Counted from the first letter of the stretch, positions 37,927 to 47,467 are shown. The stretch is 64,000 nt of DNA from Candidatus Woesearchaeota archaeon (GCA_043803105.1 JAZDKJ010000006.1:448001-512000), one strand, 5' to 3'. The notes: generated from the letters alone by a model not told the origin. Made by a program: numbers and translations.

Positions 37927-38274
37927 TCAGCTTGAATAATAGCTGCTTTTCTTATAGCCAAGTTTTAGCCTTATTTCATCATAGGCTTTATGGTTTTGCA
38001 GGTGTAATTCCATGAATTCTGCATTTTGCTTTTTTGTGAGAACTGCCCTCACATTGTCCCCAATCTTTCTGAAGAATACGAAAATGTCTTTGTACTTTTT
38101 ATTTGTAGGTACAGACCCCTTGCTTTTTTTGTCCTTGCAGTCTTGGCACCATTGAATTAGTTCTGTCTGCATATTCTCTTTTAAGTCTTGGAAATGTTTG
38201 TCAAATTCTGGATTTATCTGTAATTGCGGTCCAAGCATTTCATGCAGTTTCTGCTTTGCTTCGTCTGGTTTCAT
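37927..38274 (-). CDS. Hypothetical protein, possibly a divergent RelE-fold toxin
   Basis: EFDKHFQDL..FRKIGDNVRAVL..NHKAYD pattern; overlaps the upstream MNT-like gene. Confidence 0.45.
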   Translation of the reverse strand: MKPDEAKQKLHEMLGPQLQINPEFDKHFQDLKENMQTELIQWCQDCKDKKSKGSVPTNKKYKDIFVFFRKIGDNVRAVLTKKQNAEFMELHLQNHKAYDEIRLKLGYKKSSYYSS

Positions 38275-39091
38275 TGATGATATCCTCATATAGGATTTTA
38301 TATCTTGTGAGGTTGTCTGTGCTGTCTTCTGACCTGATTGCTTTCTCCAGCACTTTTATGTAGTTGTGCAGGCTGACATAGATATAGCTTTTTTTGAATG
38401 AATGCAGGATTAGTTCCTTTGTGAACCTTTCTAACTCTTCTGTTTTTAGTGCTGCTGCTGTCTCTTTCAGGCTTTTTCCATCTAAAAGTATGTTTTTTGT
38501 TTGCCAATTATATTGGAACACGAGCGTTCTTGTCTGCTCTCTTTCCTTTTTTTCCATTATTTCTATGGTCGCTTCATGGTATATAGACATTATTTCGCTT
38601 ATTTTCAGAGGTTTTTTTTGTGGTTTAGTATTTATTGGAAAATTGCTGACTGCTATTCTTGCTGCGGCAGCAATTACTGGTGTGTTGAGCTTTTTTTCTG
38701 TCAATTCTATCATGTGAAGTTTGTCTTCATGCGTTTCCTTGTAACCCCTTTCCTTTATTATGAACAGGTCAATGTCCTTGTATTCCCTCTTGAATAGGAA
38801 TGATCCTGCTATGAATGCCTTTGGGTAAGGTTTTAGAATCTCTTTTGCTGTTTTTAGCTTTTCTTCCAGAATATTCTCTTGTCCGTAGATGTAGTATTCT
38901 CCTTCTTTTGATGTTGTCTCTAATGCCTCTATTTTTTTCTTGATTGAAGTATACAACTGGTATCTCTCGTTCTTGTCAAGCTGTTCTTTTGCTGCATATT
39001 TTCTTATTATGTCCATCTGCTTGCTTGTGAAGATATATTTTGTGAATCTATCCTTGTTTTCTAAGATAATTTTTAATATTTTATCATTCAT
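38240..39091 (-). CDS. Extended nucleotidyltransferase (MNT-like) protein
   Basis: FTSKQMDII N-terminal helical domain; AFIAGSFLF..YKDIDLFII; helical C-terminal domain. Confidence 0.7.
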   Translation of the reverse strand: MNDKILKIILENKDRFTKYIFTSKQMDIIRKYAAKEQLDKNERYQLYTSIKKKIEALETTSKEGEYYIYGQENILEEKLKTAKEILKPYPKAFIAGSFLFKREYKDIDLFIIKERGYKETHEDKLHMIELTEKKLNTPVIAAAARIAVSNFPINTKPQKKPLKISEIMSIYHEATIEIMEKKEREQTRTLVFQYNWQTKNILLDGKSLKETAAALKTEELERFTKELILHSFKKSYIYVSLHNYIKVLEKAIRSEDSTDNLTRYKILYEDIINETRRSKAETA

Positions 39092-39200
39092 ATTAGCTTA
39101 AAACATAAGTTTATTTATAAACTTTACTAATTAATCATGTTTCTTATTATTTGGATTTTCTAAATCTCTTGATATTCCATCCACCACAAGCTGCATTTTG

Positions 39201-39425
39201 TCAGCGTTTGCCGGCAAACTTTTGCCAAGCTTCCTTTCTGTCGCGCCTTGCCAGCTCAACAGACCATTTTGTTAGCTCCTTCTCTTCCCGCGACTTTAGC
39301 CTGTCTAGAATTTGCGTTTTCTTAAGGAGCTCTTCTCTCGCCAATTCTGACCAGTTGACCCAGGGAAATTTCTCGAGTCGAGACTTTAATTCAGTATCCA
39401 AGGCAAAGGTAATGCTTGCCATCAA
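39201..39425 (-). CDS. RHH-like antitoxin/regulator
   Basis: MASITFALDTELKSRLEKFPWVNWSELARE. Confidence 0.72.
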   Translation of the reverse strand: MMASITFALDTELKSRLEKFPWVNWSELAREELLKKTQILDRLKSREEKELTKWSVELARRDRKEAWQKFAGKR

Positions 39426-39571
39426 AATTCACCTCTTTCTTTTAGTTCTTCAAGCTTCTCAAGCCGTTTGATGATTGCAGCCCTGACTACTTCAGCCCAG
39501 TTGATTTCAGGATGCTTTAGGCGGAGCCGCTTGATTAGGTCTTCAGGCACAGATACAGTCATTTTTCCCAT
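39422..39571 (-). CDS. RHH-like antitoxin/regulator (small, missed by the ORF track)
   Basis: MGKMTVSVPEDLIKRLRLKHPEINWAEVVRAAIIKRLEKLEELKERGEF; RBS GAGGTGG. Confidence 0.72.
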   Translation of the reverse strand: MGKMTVSVPEDLIKRLRLKHPEINWAEVVRAAIIKRLEKLEELKERGEF

Positions 39572-39600
39572 TATCGCCACCTCAACGTATTTACTTTAAC

Positions 39601-39616
39601 ATAAGTAATTACTTAT
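39601..39616. promoter_or_regulatory. Palindromic operator candidate for the RHH pair
   Basis: Perfect palindrome ATAAGTAATTACTTAT abutting the TATA box of 39571. Confidence 0.5.
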
Positions 39617-39810
39617 ATAAAGTTTCCGTTTAAGGCGGTTCAATTTCGTTAGAATTCACGCATTAAAATAGGTGTGCTAGTTTACTTCGGAAGTCCTCCG
39701 ATTTCAGCGAAACTTTGTTCTTGGAGTTTCCACTAATCTGAATACTTCGTTCTGGAATAAGTTTTGAAGACTGTATCCTGGTGTGAATCACTTACTTCAA
39801 TAATGCAATG

Positions 39811-40200
39811 TTAACTTATCACTTTCAGAAATCCCGCACTATTAACTATGGATATACCTTTGAATTCTTTTCGCTTCAGAAGGTGTTTATCACCACTTAC
39901 TACATAATCTGCTTTGGCCGCAGCAGCACACTCCAAAACTCTATTGTCAGCGGCATCCTCTGTGATTACATCAAACTTCTCGTGCACTTCAATAGTTTCT
40001 GCGACTTCTTTTATTGTTTCGATCGCTTTATTAGCCATTAAGAAATGGAAGTCTCTGGACAGCACCAGCTTTATCTCATCTAATATCTCCTGTGATATCT
40101 TAATCTTGAATTTAGAACTATTTTGGACCAACCTAAATTCATTGCCTCTACATAAAAGGGCTGAAATATAGATATTAGTGTCAAGTACTACTGTCAACAC
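39811..40200 (-). CDS. PIN-domain toxin
   Basis: VVLDTNIYISAL..EILDE..DAADNRVLECA..YVVSGDKHLL. Confidence 0.92.
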   Translation of the reverse strand: MLTVVLDTNIYISALLCRGNEFRLVQNSSKFKIKISQEILDEIKLVLSRDFHFLMANKAIETIKEVAETIEVHEKFDVITEDAADNRVLECAAAAKADYVVSGDKHLLKRKEFKGISIVNSAGFLKVIS

Positions 40201-40465
40201 TTTTTATTCCTCTTCTTTCATGTATTATTCGGTCAACATCCTTTTCTGATTTGATTCCCATCTTTCTGGCAATCTTTCTTCCGTACATTGCAATCTTCTC
40301 AAATTCCTCAAGCGGAGGCGTTTTGATCTTCTTCAAAATCACCATGTCATCTTTGCCGTATGCTGCAAACCTTGTGCCAGTAACTATTCCCAGCTCTTCT
40401 CGTATCTTTTGTGGTATAACAACCTGCCCCTTTACCGATGTGCTTGTAATTTCAACTTCTGTCAT
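40181..40465 (-). CDS. AbrB/MazE/SpoVT family antitoxin
   Basis: SVKGQVVIPQKIREELGI..VILKKI; upstream palindrome AGTAGGA-N11-TCCTACT (40476-40500). Confidence 0.9.
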   Translation of the reverse strand: MTEVEITSTSVKGQVVIPQKIREELGIVTGTRFAAYGKDDMVILKKIKTPPLEEFEKIAMYGRKIARKMGIKSEKDVDRIIHERRGIKSVDSST

Positions 40466-40677
40466 AAACATCACCAGTAGGATTGTAATACTTTCCTACT
40501 TATAAATCTATGGTTGTCATCTTTCACTTCAGTTAAAATTAGCTGCTTAAAATAAGAATGGCTGCTAATTTCGGAATTCTTACACCCTAATTGAAATTTT
40601 CCAGGCGGTCGGCTACAAGTCCCTTTACCAGAAAAACACCAAAAAGCTTAAATAAACATATAATTGTATAATAAAAT

Positions 40678-41214
40678 ATGCAATTGTATAATAAACCAAA
40701 CAATGAAGCCTCGGTCTTAAGGCTCCTGTTTGAAAATCCTACCAGGAAATTCTATATCAGGGAGTTGGCAAGGCTTCTCAAGCTCAATCCCAATACAGTA
40801 ATCAACATTACCAAAAGATTAGAAAAACAAAACCTCATTAAGAGAGAAAAAAAACGGCATGTGACCGAAATATTGTCTAACATTGAAAACAAAGTATATA
40901 TTGAAAAAAAAAGGGTTTTCAACCTTGCGAGATTATACGAATCAGGCATTGTGAGCTTCCTCGAGGAAAATTTCTCTCCTAAGGCGGTAGTTGTCATCGG
41001 AAGCTATAGCAGGGGCGAGGACATTGAGAGAAGTGATGTGGATATAGTTGTGATAACAAATAAGAAAGAAAAAGACCTTGATTTGAGTCGCTTTGAGAAG
41101 TTTCTTTCCAGGAAAATGCATGTACTTTGCGGAAATATTGATGTTTTTTCCGACGAATTCTACACAAATGTTATTAACGGAATAATTCTTAGTGGTTACT
41201 TGGAACAGAAATGA
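40678..41214 (+). CDS. wHTH + MNT antitoxin
   Basis: FYIRELARLLKL; VIGSYSRGEDIERSDVDIVV; direct repeat AATTGTATAATAAA (40662, 40682) across the start. Confidence 0.88.
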   Translation: MQLYNKPNNEASVLRLLFENPTRKFYIRELARLLKLNPNTVINITKRLEKQNLIKREKKRHVTEILSNIENKVYIEKKRVFNLARLYESGIVSFLEENFSPKAVVVIGSYSRGEDIERSDVDIVVITNKKEKDLDLSRFEKFLSRKMHVLCGNIDVFSDEFYTNVINGIILSGYLEQK

Positions 41215-41321
41215 AGCCTTTTGAATATTATCTGGAAACAAACGAAGTTAGGAAAATCCATGAAGGTATTGGACTAGCAAGGTCTACTTATAAATTTGGT
41301 CGTGATGGTCAAAGTCAATGA
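41211..41321 (+). pseudogene. Truncated HEPN-like partner of the MNT
   Basis: ATGA overlap with MNT; MKPFEYYLETNEVRKIHEGIGLARS resembles archaeal HEPN N-termini, then runs into the antisense of the next toxin gene. Confidence 0.55.
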
Positions 41322-41550
41322 ACCTTATCCTGTTTTCTTCCTTGCTGAATTGGAATATTAGCACAAAGTGTCCAACGTGAATCCTTTTCCTGTCTTTCAT
41401 GTCATATCTGAGATTCTTATAGTGCTCCACATCTTGGCAGTTAATCACTTCTTCAATCTTTTTCAGGACTCTCTCGTACAACAGTCTGTCTTTATTTGAT
41501 AGTTTATTGAGAACTTCTTTTAGGTGAGGGACAATCTCATATGAATACTT
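41284..41550 (-). CDS. RelE/StbE-like toxin; expected ATG reads AAG (possible pseudogene)
   Basis: Frame reads (K)YSYEIVPHLKEVLNKLSNKDRLLYERVLKKIEEV..HYKNLRYDMKDRKRIHVGHFVLIF..FIDFDHHDQIY; first in-frame start codon is TTG 41481. Confidence 0.75.
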   Translation of the reverse strand, partial: KYSYEIVPHLKEVLNKLSNKDRLLYERVLKKIEEVINCQDVEHYKNLRYDMKDRKRIHVGHFVLIFQFSKEENRIRFIDFDHHDQIYK

Positions 41551-41551
41551 T

Positions 41552-41791
41552 CTATCCCTCGATGACCTTTCTAAGCTGTCCTATATTTCTGAAAGGAATT
41601 CCCTTCTGTTTTTCTAGCTTTTTCAGTTTTTCTATGTACTTTGGTCTCAATTCGGGTTCGAGGAGTTCTTCCTTGTATTGGTGTGCCATGATATTGATTG
41701 CCGCGCTTTTGTCCTTCAATCCGTATTTAGCTTTGACAATGTTAAGCACCCTGTTTGTATCTTCATCAATCCTGATAATTGCCTGTACCAT
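41552..41791 (-). CDS. DUF2683-like antitoxin
   Basis: MVQAIIRIDEDTNRVLNIVKAKYGLKDKSAAIN..LLEPELRPKYIEKL. Confidence 0.82.
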   Translation of the reverse strand: MVQAIIRIDEDTNRVLNIVKAKYGLKDKSAAINIMAHQYKEELLEPELRPKYIEKLKKLEKQKGIPFRNIGQLRKVIEG

Positions 41792-41888
41792 AATATCACC
41801 TTAATATCTTATTAATACCATGTTAATATATAAACTTTTTGCTCGACTCGCATAACATTTATTAACTCAGAATCCTTCCACAGCTTTA

Positions 41889-43040
41889 ATGGATTATGGC
41901 AAGGAATCAATAAAGCTCCATGAACAGCATAAAGGCAAGCTGGAAATTCGTTCTAAAGTAAGCATTAAGACAAAGGACGACTTAAGCATTGCCTACACCC
42001 CTGGGGTTGCTTATGTCTGCATGGAGATAGCTAAGGATAAGTCAAGGGTTTTCGACCTTACCCTAAAAGCAAACAGCGTTGCTGTAGTCACAGACGGCAC
42101 TGCAGTCTTAGGCCTGGGAAACATCGGCCCTTATGCTTCTATTCCTGTCATGGAAGGTAAGGCAATCCTTTTCAAGGAGTTTGCAGATATTGATGCATTC
42201 CCATTGGCTTTAGACACAAAGGATATTGTGGCTACAGTCAAGGCAATCGCGCCAGTCTTCGGAGGAATTAATCTTGAGGATATCAAGGCCCCTGAATGCT
42301 TTGAGATTGAAGCGCAGTTGCAAGACTTAGGCATTCCTGTGATGCATGATGACCAGCACGGGACAGCTGTTGTTGTACTGGCAGCCTTGATTAATGCATT
42401 GAAAGTTGTTAACAAGAGCATGTCTGAAGTTACCATCGTGATAAGCGGTGCAGGTGCTGCTGGTATAGCAAGCACAAAGCTCTTGTTGAGCCTAACAGAG
42501 AAGCCGAAAGATATCATAGTTCTTGACAGTCAGGGCGCAATATATGAAGGAAGGCAGGACCTTAACAAATACAAGGAAGAATTAGCCAAATCAACGAACA
42601 AGCAAAGCCTCAAAGGCACCTTGGAGCAAGTCATCAAGGGTGCAGACGTTTTTATCGGAGTATCAAAAGGCAACATTCTCTCACAGCAAGCAGTTGCCAC
42701 AATGGCCAAGGACTCAATAGTATTTGCTATGGCTAACCCTATCCCTGAGATAATGCCTGACAAAGCTTTGGCTGGAGGGGCTGCTGTTGTTGGCACTGGG
42801 AGGAGTGATTTTCCGAACCAGATAAATAATGTGCTTGCCTTTCCAGGCATCTTTAGGGGTGCCTTGGATTGTAGAGCCAAGGCAATAACCCAGGATATGA
42901 AGCTTGCTGCTGCCCATGCATTGGCTGATTATCTTAAGAATCCTGCAAAGGATAATATACTACCAAGCACTTTAGATAAAAATGTTGCGAAGGCTGTTGC
43001 TGACGCAGTCAAGAAGGCTGCAGAACCGGCAAAGGTTTAA
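41889..43040 (+). CDS. NAD(P)-dependent malic enzyme
   Basis: LSIAYTPGVA, DGTAVLGLGNIG, INLEDI, HDDQHGTA, GAGAAG, TGRSDFPNQINNVL. Confidence 0.95.
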   Translation: MDYGKESIKLHEQHKGKLEIRSKVSIKTKDDLSIAYTPGVAYVCMEIAKDKSRVFDLTLKANSVAVVTDGTAVLGLGNIGPYASIPVMEGKAILFKEFADIDAFPLALDTKDIVATVKAIAPVFGGINLEDIKAPECFEIEAQLQDLGIPVMHDDQHGTAVVVLAALINALKVVNKSMSEVTIVISGAGAAGIASTKLLLSLTEKPKDIIVLDSQGAIYEGRQDLNKYKEELAKSTNKQSLKGTLEQVIKGADVFIGVSKGNILSQQAVATMAKDSIVFAMANPIPEIMPDKALAGGAAVVGTGRSDFPNQINNVLAFPGIFRGALDCRAKAITQDMKLAAAHALADYLKNPAKDNILPSTLDKNVAKAVADAVKKAAEPAKV

Positions 43041-43069
43041 ATAGGAGATTAACTCAAACCATACTTAAG

Positions 43070-43270
43070 ATGAAAATAACCGTAATCTTGGAAAAGCAGG
43101 AGGAAGGTGGCTTCACTGCCTTTGTCCCTTCCTTGCCTGGCTGCATCTCCGAAGGAGACACAAAGCAAGAGGCCTTGAAAAACATCAAGGAAGCAATTGA
43201 ACTTTATCTAGAGCCAGACACAAATGAGTTGGTTGGTTACTGTGGTGAAAAGTTCAAAGTCTCAGTCTGA
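43070..43270 (+). CDS. hicB: HicB family antitoxin
   Basis: EEGGFTAFVPSLPGCISEGDTKQEALKNIKEAIELYLE. Confidence 0.92.
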   Translation: MKITVILEKQEEGGFTAFVPSLPGCISEGDTKQEALKNIKEAIELYLEPDTNELVGYCGEKFKVSV

Positions 43271-43494
43271 TGAAATTGCCTGTCATTTCTGGAATCGCAC
43301 TAATAAGCTGTTTGAAGAAGGCAGGCTTTATTGCCACTAGGCAAAAAGGCTCTCACGTAAGGTTGGAGAAATTTGATGGAGAAAAGACCTTGAAGATAAC
43401 TGTGCCATTGCACGCTGAACTGAAGAAAGGCACCCTGACAAGGATAATGAAAGACGCTGGCTTGACAAGGGAGCAATTTGATGAGCTTAACTGA
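43270..43494 (+). CDS. hicA: HicA family toxin
   Basis: LKKAGF..RQKGSHVRL..TVPLHAELKKGTL. Confidence 0.92.
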   Translation: MKLPVISGIALISCLKKAGFIATRQKGSHVRLEKFDGEKTLKITVPLHAELKKGTLTRIMKDAGLTREQFDELN

Positions 43495-43503
43495 GGTCGC
43501 AAA

Positions 43504-43959
43504 ATGAAAACACATCTTGTTGTTGAGGGTTTACTTTTTCACAAAGGCAAATTGCTCTTGATCAACCATAAGAAATCTGGCTTGTGGATGGGCATTGGTG
43601 GCCATATTGCTGAAGATGAAACCCCTGACCAGGCCTTGAAGCGTGAGTTCAAGGAAGAGATGAATCTTGACATCGAGATTCTCAACAGGAATGACCTTCC
43701 GAAGAACGGCAACATTATTGCGCAACTAGCCTTGCCATTTTATGTCAACGTGCATAATGTAGGCACTCATAACCATTGCTGCTTTTTCTACCTCTGCAGT
43801 GCAAAGAACCTTAACAGGATCAAGCCAAGGCCGAGCGAAATTGCTGACTTTGCTTGGTTTAGTAAGCAGGACCTGAAGCAAAGCCGGGTTCCTCCTGATG
43901 TGAGAAACATTGCCTTAAAAGCGTTTCAATTGACAGAGCAAAATAAAAGAAAATCGTGA
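43504..43959 (+). CDS. NUDIX hydrolase
   Basis: GGHIAEDETPDQALKREFKEEMNL. Confidence 0.9.
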   Translation: MKTHLVVEGLLFHKGKLLLINHKKSGLWMGIGGHIAEDETPDQALKREFKEEMNLDIEILNRNDLPKNGNIIAQLALPFYVNVHNVGTHNHCCFFYLCSAKNLNRIKPRPSEIADFAWFSKQDLKQSRVPPDVRNIALKAFQLTEQNKRKS

Positions 43960-43960
43960 C

Positions 43961-44596
43961 TTAGAGAATTCTTTTCAATTCAAGCAAGGAATGGATTACA
44001 TTCTTTCCCTTGGCCTTTTTTGTCCTGTCCAAAAGAAATGATTTGATGCCGAGCTCAGTTGGCATAACGTAGTCTAACTGCCTGTCATCTCCGATGTGCA
44101 CTATCTCGCTAGGTTTTATCTTCAGCTTTTTTAGTATGGCCCTGAACATTTCCTTGTCTTTCCGAGTTCTATTGAAGGATGTGGGAGCTGAAAATACATG
44201 GTCAAAGTATTTGCTTAATTCTTCTGCCTCAAGTTTTAGCTCAAAGAACTTTTTCTCAGAGTTTGAGGTAATAATCAGTTTATACTTCTTCTTCAAATAA
44301 TCAAGCGTTGGGATAGTGTCATCAAAGACAAATATGTGCTTTTTCATGTCAGAAAGAAGCTTCTGCCAATTCCCCAATTTTAGCCTCTTGAACCAGTATG
44401 TTATGCTTGTCCATTGGCTTACCCTTTCTATATCCAATGCCCTATAATATTGGGAATAAACGAATTGTTTGGCTTCAGCAACGCCAATCTTGTGTTGCTT
44501 TGCATAAAGCTTAGGCACCTCTTCGTGCCAAATGAGCTTGTCAAACTTGTCATTGACAAGCGTTGCGTCCAGGTCAAACGAAACATACTTTATCAT
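43961..44596 (-). CDS. HAD family hydrolase
   Basis: FDLDATL, TSNS, HIGDDRQLDY. Confidence 0.88.
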   Translation of the reverse strand: MIKYVSFDLDATLVNDKFDKLIWHEEVPKLYAKQHKIGVAEAKQFVYSQYYRALDIERVSQWTSITYWFKRLKLGNWQKLLSDMKKHIFVFDDTIPTLDYLKKKYKLIITSNSEKKFFELKLEAEELSKYFDHVFSAPTSFNRTRKDKEMFRAILKKLKIKPSEIVHIGDDRQLDYVMPTELGIKSFLLDRTKKAKGKNVIHSLLELKRIL

Positions 44597-44669
44597 GACT
44601 GCTGGAGTAAATCAGTCCTTTATATTTCTTGCCAATCCCAAAAGCTTTTTAAGGTGCATTGCTATTTTT

Positions 44670-45098
44670 ATGCCAATGGCAAACATTGAAAACGGTAAAA
44701 TTCTTGGAACAGGCCTTAATTCAAACAAGGTACTCTGCAACAAGGTAGTTGACCAGTTGTACAAACTAAGTGCTGGCATCTCCTTAAATGAAGAAATGCT
44801 AAACGATCCTACAAGGGAGCGCATTGAATCCTTGAGAAAGCTTGGTTTCTATACAGTGCAAGAGGGAAGCATACATCTAAGCGAGGAGTATCATTCTGCA
44901 ACCTCATGCCTGGACTATGCAAATAGGCTAATGCGCGTTGGTCTCACTCCATATATTCTGGAACGAAGGTATTCCAGAACAGGTTCACAATTTTGGATAG
45001 GTATAACCGAAACTGTTCTTGAGTCAATTATTGCTGGAGAAATCCAACCTGCCTGCAGGCTTGAGCCAAAGGTTGCAGCCCTCCATCCAGAACCATAA
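44670..45098 (+). CDS. Hypothetical protein
   Basis: ORF after BRE-TATA AAAAGCTTTTTAAG; start inferred. Confidence 0.5.
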   Translation: MPMANIENGKILGTGLNSNKVLCNKVVDQLYKLSAGISLNEEMLNDPTRERIESLRKLGFYTVQEGSIHLSEEYHSATSCLDYANRLMRVGLTPYILERRYSRTGSQFWIGITETVLESIIAGEIQPACRLEPKVAALHPEP

Positions 45099-45132
45099 TC
45101 AATTTAAAGGTTTAGCTGATTTTTTCTGCTGC

Positions 45133-45546
45133 ATGAGATACGAGCGAGGCAGAGATGGTGTTCCTCAAATTGTTTGGGAGAAACAGGACGAGGACCTGTA
45201 CTTTGCTGTTGAACGTGGAGATGTCTTCGCAGACCTTTGCTACAGTCTTATGCAGTTAAAGCTTGTTCACGACTACATAAAAAAACAACAGACTGTTCAC
45301 GTCGCTTCAGCCAGGCAATTAAAGGCAGCGCTCCTAAATTTTGATTTCTATTATGAGGAATTGAAAGTCACTCACCGACGGTCAAGCTCACTTCGGATGC
45401 CTGAGGTGACCATTGATTCCGTGCTCGAGGCTTTTAATGAAAAAAACACTAATTATGTGATGGATGTTGCAGCATGCGTTCGCTCAGAGCAGCGCAAGGC
45501 TATGGCAAGGCTTTACAATCTTGATTCTGCTTCATATATAGTCTAG
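45133..45546 (+). CDS. Hypothetical protein
   Basis: ORF starting MRYERG after a TATA-like TTTAAA. Confidence 0.5.
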   Translation: MRYERGRDGVPQIVWEKQDEDLYFAVERGDVFADLCYSLMQLKLVHDYIKKQQTVHVASARQLKAALLNFDFYYEELKVTHRRSSSLRMPEVTIDSVLEAFNEKNTNYVMDVAACVRSEQRKAMARLYNLDSASYIV

Positions 45547-45962
45547 AATTTGTAAAGGTTAAGCCCTATCTCTTTTGAAAATTCCCTCTCAAGATTCCCG
45601 TCTACCACATCAATAACTGCCTCGAAAGTTGCGCTAACTGTTGCAGAATTTAGGTGTCCGCTGATTGATTTGTTATCTTTGTCTCCGATGTTGGCGTGCA
45701 GGTGTAGGTAGACCTCTCCCTTCATTGTCGTTATGTTGCCTGTGAGCGGGCATATCTCATAGTCGCCAGTGTATTCATTTGAATGGTATTTCTTTGTCTG
45801 CGTGTCAAACAAGCCGAGCGTAACCTTGCCTGCTGCCCCTATCCCTGTTACTGTGCCGAGCCTTATGCTGTTGTCCTGGCAGAACTTTTTCAATACCTGA
45901 ACTATTTCCTCGCCCTTATCTATCCTTAGCATGAACCTGTCCCTAAATTGCCTGTAGTCCAT
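45543..45962 (-). CDS. PPC/DUF296 domain protein
   Basis: RIDKGEEI..GIGA..EICPLTGNI..YLHLH..GHL..ATFE. Confidence 0.9.
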   Translation of the reverse strand: MDYRQFRDRFMLRIDKGEEIVQVLKKFCQDNSIRLGTVTGIGAAGKVTLGLFDTQTKKYHSNEYTGDYEICPLTGNITTMKGEVYLHLHANIGDKDNKSISGHLNSATVSATFEAVIDVVDGNLEREFSKEIGLNLYKF

Positions 45963-45987
45963 CGTTGACAAATAAGAACTCAACTAT

Positions 45988-46392
45988 TTAAATGCTTCTA
46001 GGTTGTGCTGCCAGCAAACTCTTGAATGCATCAATCACTTTTTGTTCGAATTCTGAACTCCTTTTGTCTATGAGCCCGTTTCCTCCTACTTCAAGCATCA
46101 ATGCATATGTATCACGATGGAAGTTTGTTACAAGGTATGCTGGCGTTCTGTCTCCTGCTTCCCTTAAGTCTCTGATGACCTCAAGCCCTGAGTGAATTGG
46201 CATCTGAAAATCCAGAAAGATGCCATTGTATCCATTCCTGTTTGCTTCTATCCAGGCTTCCCCTCCATCCTTAACATAATCTAGTATTACCTCGGCTCCC
46301 TCTTCAACTGCAGCTTTTGAAATTGCGGCAAGAGTTCTTTTGCCTTCTTCAAAATTGTCATCCGCTATAAGAATTCTCAGCACTTTCTCCAT
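45988..46392 (-). CDS. Stand-alone response regulator receiver (CheY-like)
   Basis: ILIADD, FLDFQMPIHSGLEVI, LVT, IDK. Confidence 0.88.
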   Translation of the reverse strand: MEKVLRILIADDNFEEGKRTLAAISKAAVEEGAEVILDYVKDGGEAWIEANRNGYNGIFLDFQMPIHSGLEVIRDLREAGDRTPAYLVTNFHRDTYALMLEVGGNGLIDKRSSEFEQKVIDAFKSLLAAQPRSI

Positions 46393-46429
46393 AGGCAGGT
46401 GTGCCTTTTATTTCTTATAAAGCTTTTGC

Positions 46430-46963
46430 CTACCTTATATGGCCTTTTGGAATCCGCAGCTTTTGGTTGACAAATATCTTGTCTCCTGCAAGCCTGTTGT
46501 ATTCCTTAAGCTTTCTCCAATTCCGCTTGTCCTTTGTATATCTCTCGGAAATCGTCTGGAGTGTGTCCCCTTTTTGCACCCTGTATTCCATGTCCTGCGC
46601 TGCATTGACATTCCGTGTCTCTGTTCTTGTTAAATATAGTAGCCCACATGTTCCTAATCCAAATGCGGTGGCAATGGCTACAGCCTTCCTTACCATGCCC
46701 TGCCACACCGCAGGCTCTTTGTGCTCTTCCCGAGGTGCATAGAGCCTCTCCTCACCAAGATTCTTCATCATGCAGTACATCCTGAGTGTTGACCTTAGCT
46801 GTTCCATCTCTCTGCTCTTATCTGCCGGATATTCCCTCGCAAGCTGGTGTATGCCCCTTATTCTTTCAAGCATTTCTTCGTTTAACCCTGTCCTGTAGGT
46901 CTGCACAAGGTAATCAACGCCTTCCTTCACTTTGTCTGTAAGCTCTTCATGCATCATCATCAC
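46430..46963 (-). CDS. Membrane-anchored LysM domain protein
   Basis: Single TM, then YRVQKGDTLQTISERY..WRKLKEYNRL..IFVNQKLRIP. Confidence 0.88.
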   Translation of the reverse strand: MMMMHEELTDKVKEGVDYLVQTYRTGLNEEMLERIRGIHQLAREYPADKSREMEQLRSTLRMYCMMKNLGEERLYAPREEHKEPAVWQGMVRKAVAIATAFGLGTCGLLYLTRTETRNVNAAQDMEYRVQKGDTLQTISERYTKDKRNWRKLKEYNRLAGDKIFVNQKLRIPKGHIR

Positions 46964-47466
46964 CCGATTACTTTTTCGCAGTATTTTCTTGCTGTTTCAT
47001 CCCTGATCTGTTTCCTCACAGTTGTCTTGTACAAATCATACAGGTTTACAAGACTTCCGTACTTTAGCACAATACCTATTGCTTCGTTTACAGCAAAGAC
47101 TGCAATGCTTTGCTTATCTCTGGTCTTGAAAAAATACCTGGCCCAGAATCCTGCTTTCCAAACTACCTCCACTGCCTTGATTGTGTAAAAAATGCTCATC
47201 GCGTTCAGGCACCTAATTCCTGTTTCTATAGGCGCAAGCGCATACTCCAGATTGTCGATTCTGGCTGCAGTGTCGTAGAGCGCTTTGTATTCCTTGGCTG
47301 TCTCCGCATAGAGGCCGAGAAGCCAATCCTGCTTGAGCCTTGGTTCCGTGCTCACTGAATTGTGTATTGCATCGTTTTCCCTGATTATTTTCTCGATTTC
47401 TGATTCTTGATCTATTGCTTTAGGCAAGAAAGCTTGCTCAATCATTTCCAGGCGTCTTTCAGCCAT
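46960..47466 (-). CDS. Hypothetical helical protein (operon with LysM gene)
   Basis: Translationally coupled ORF. Confidence 0.65.
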   Translation of the reverse strand: MAERRLEMIEQAFLPKAIDQESEIEKIIRENDAIHNSVSTEPRLKQDWLLGLYAETAKEYKALYDTAARIDNLEYALAPIETGIRCLNAMSIFYTIKAVEVVWKAGFWARYFFKTRDKQSIAVFAVNEAIGIVLKYGSLVNLYDLYKTTVRKQIRDETARKYCEKVIG

Positions 47467-47467
47467 G

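Noticed and set aside
37374-43494. Integron-like cassette array
   Set aside because: Mixed orientations, no repeated attC-like sites seen, and no adjacent integrase.
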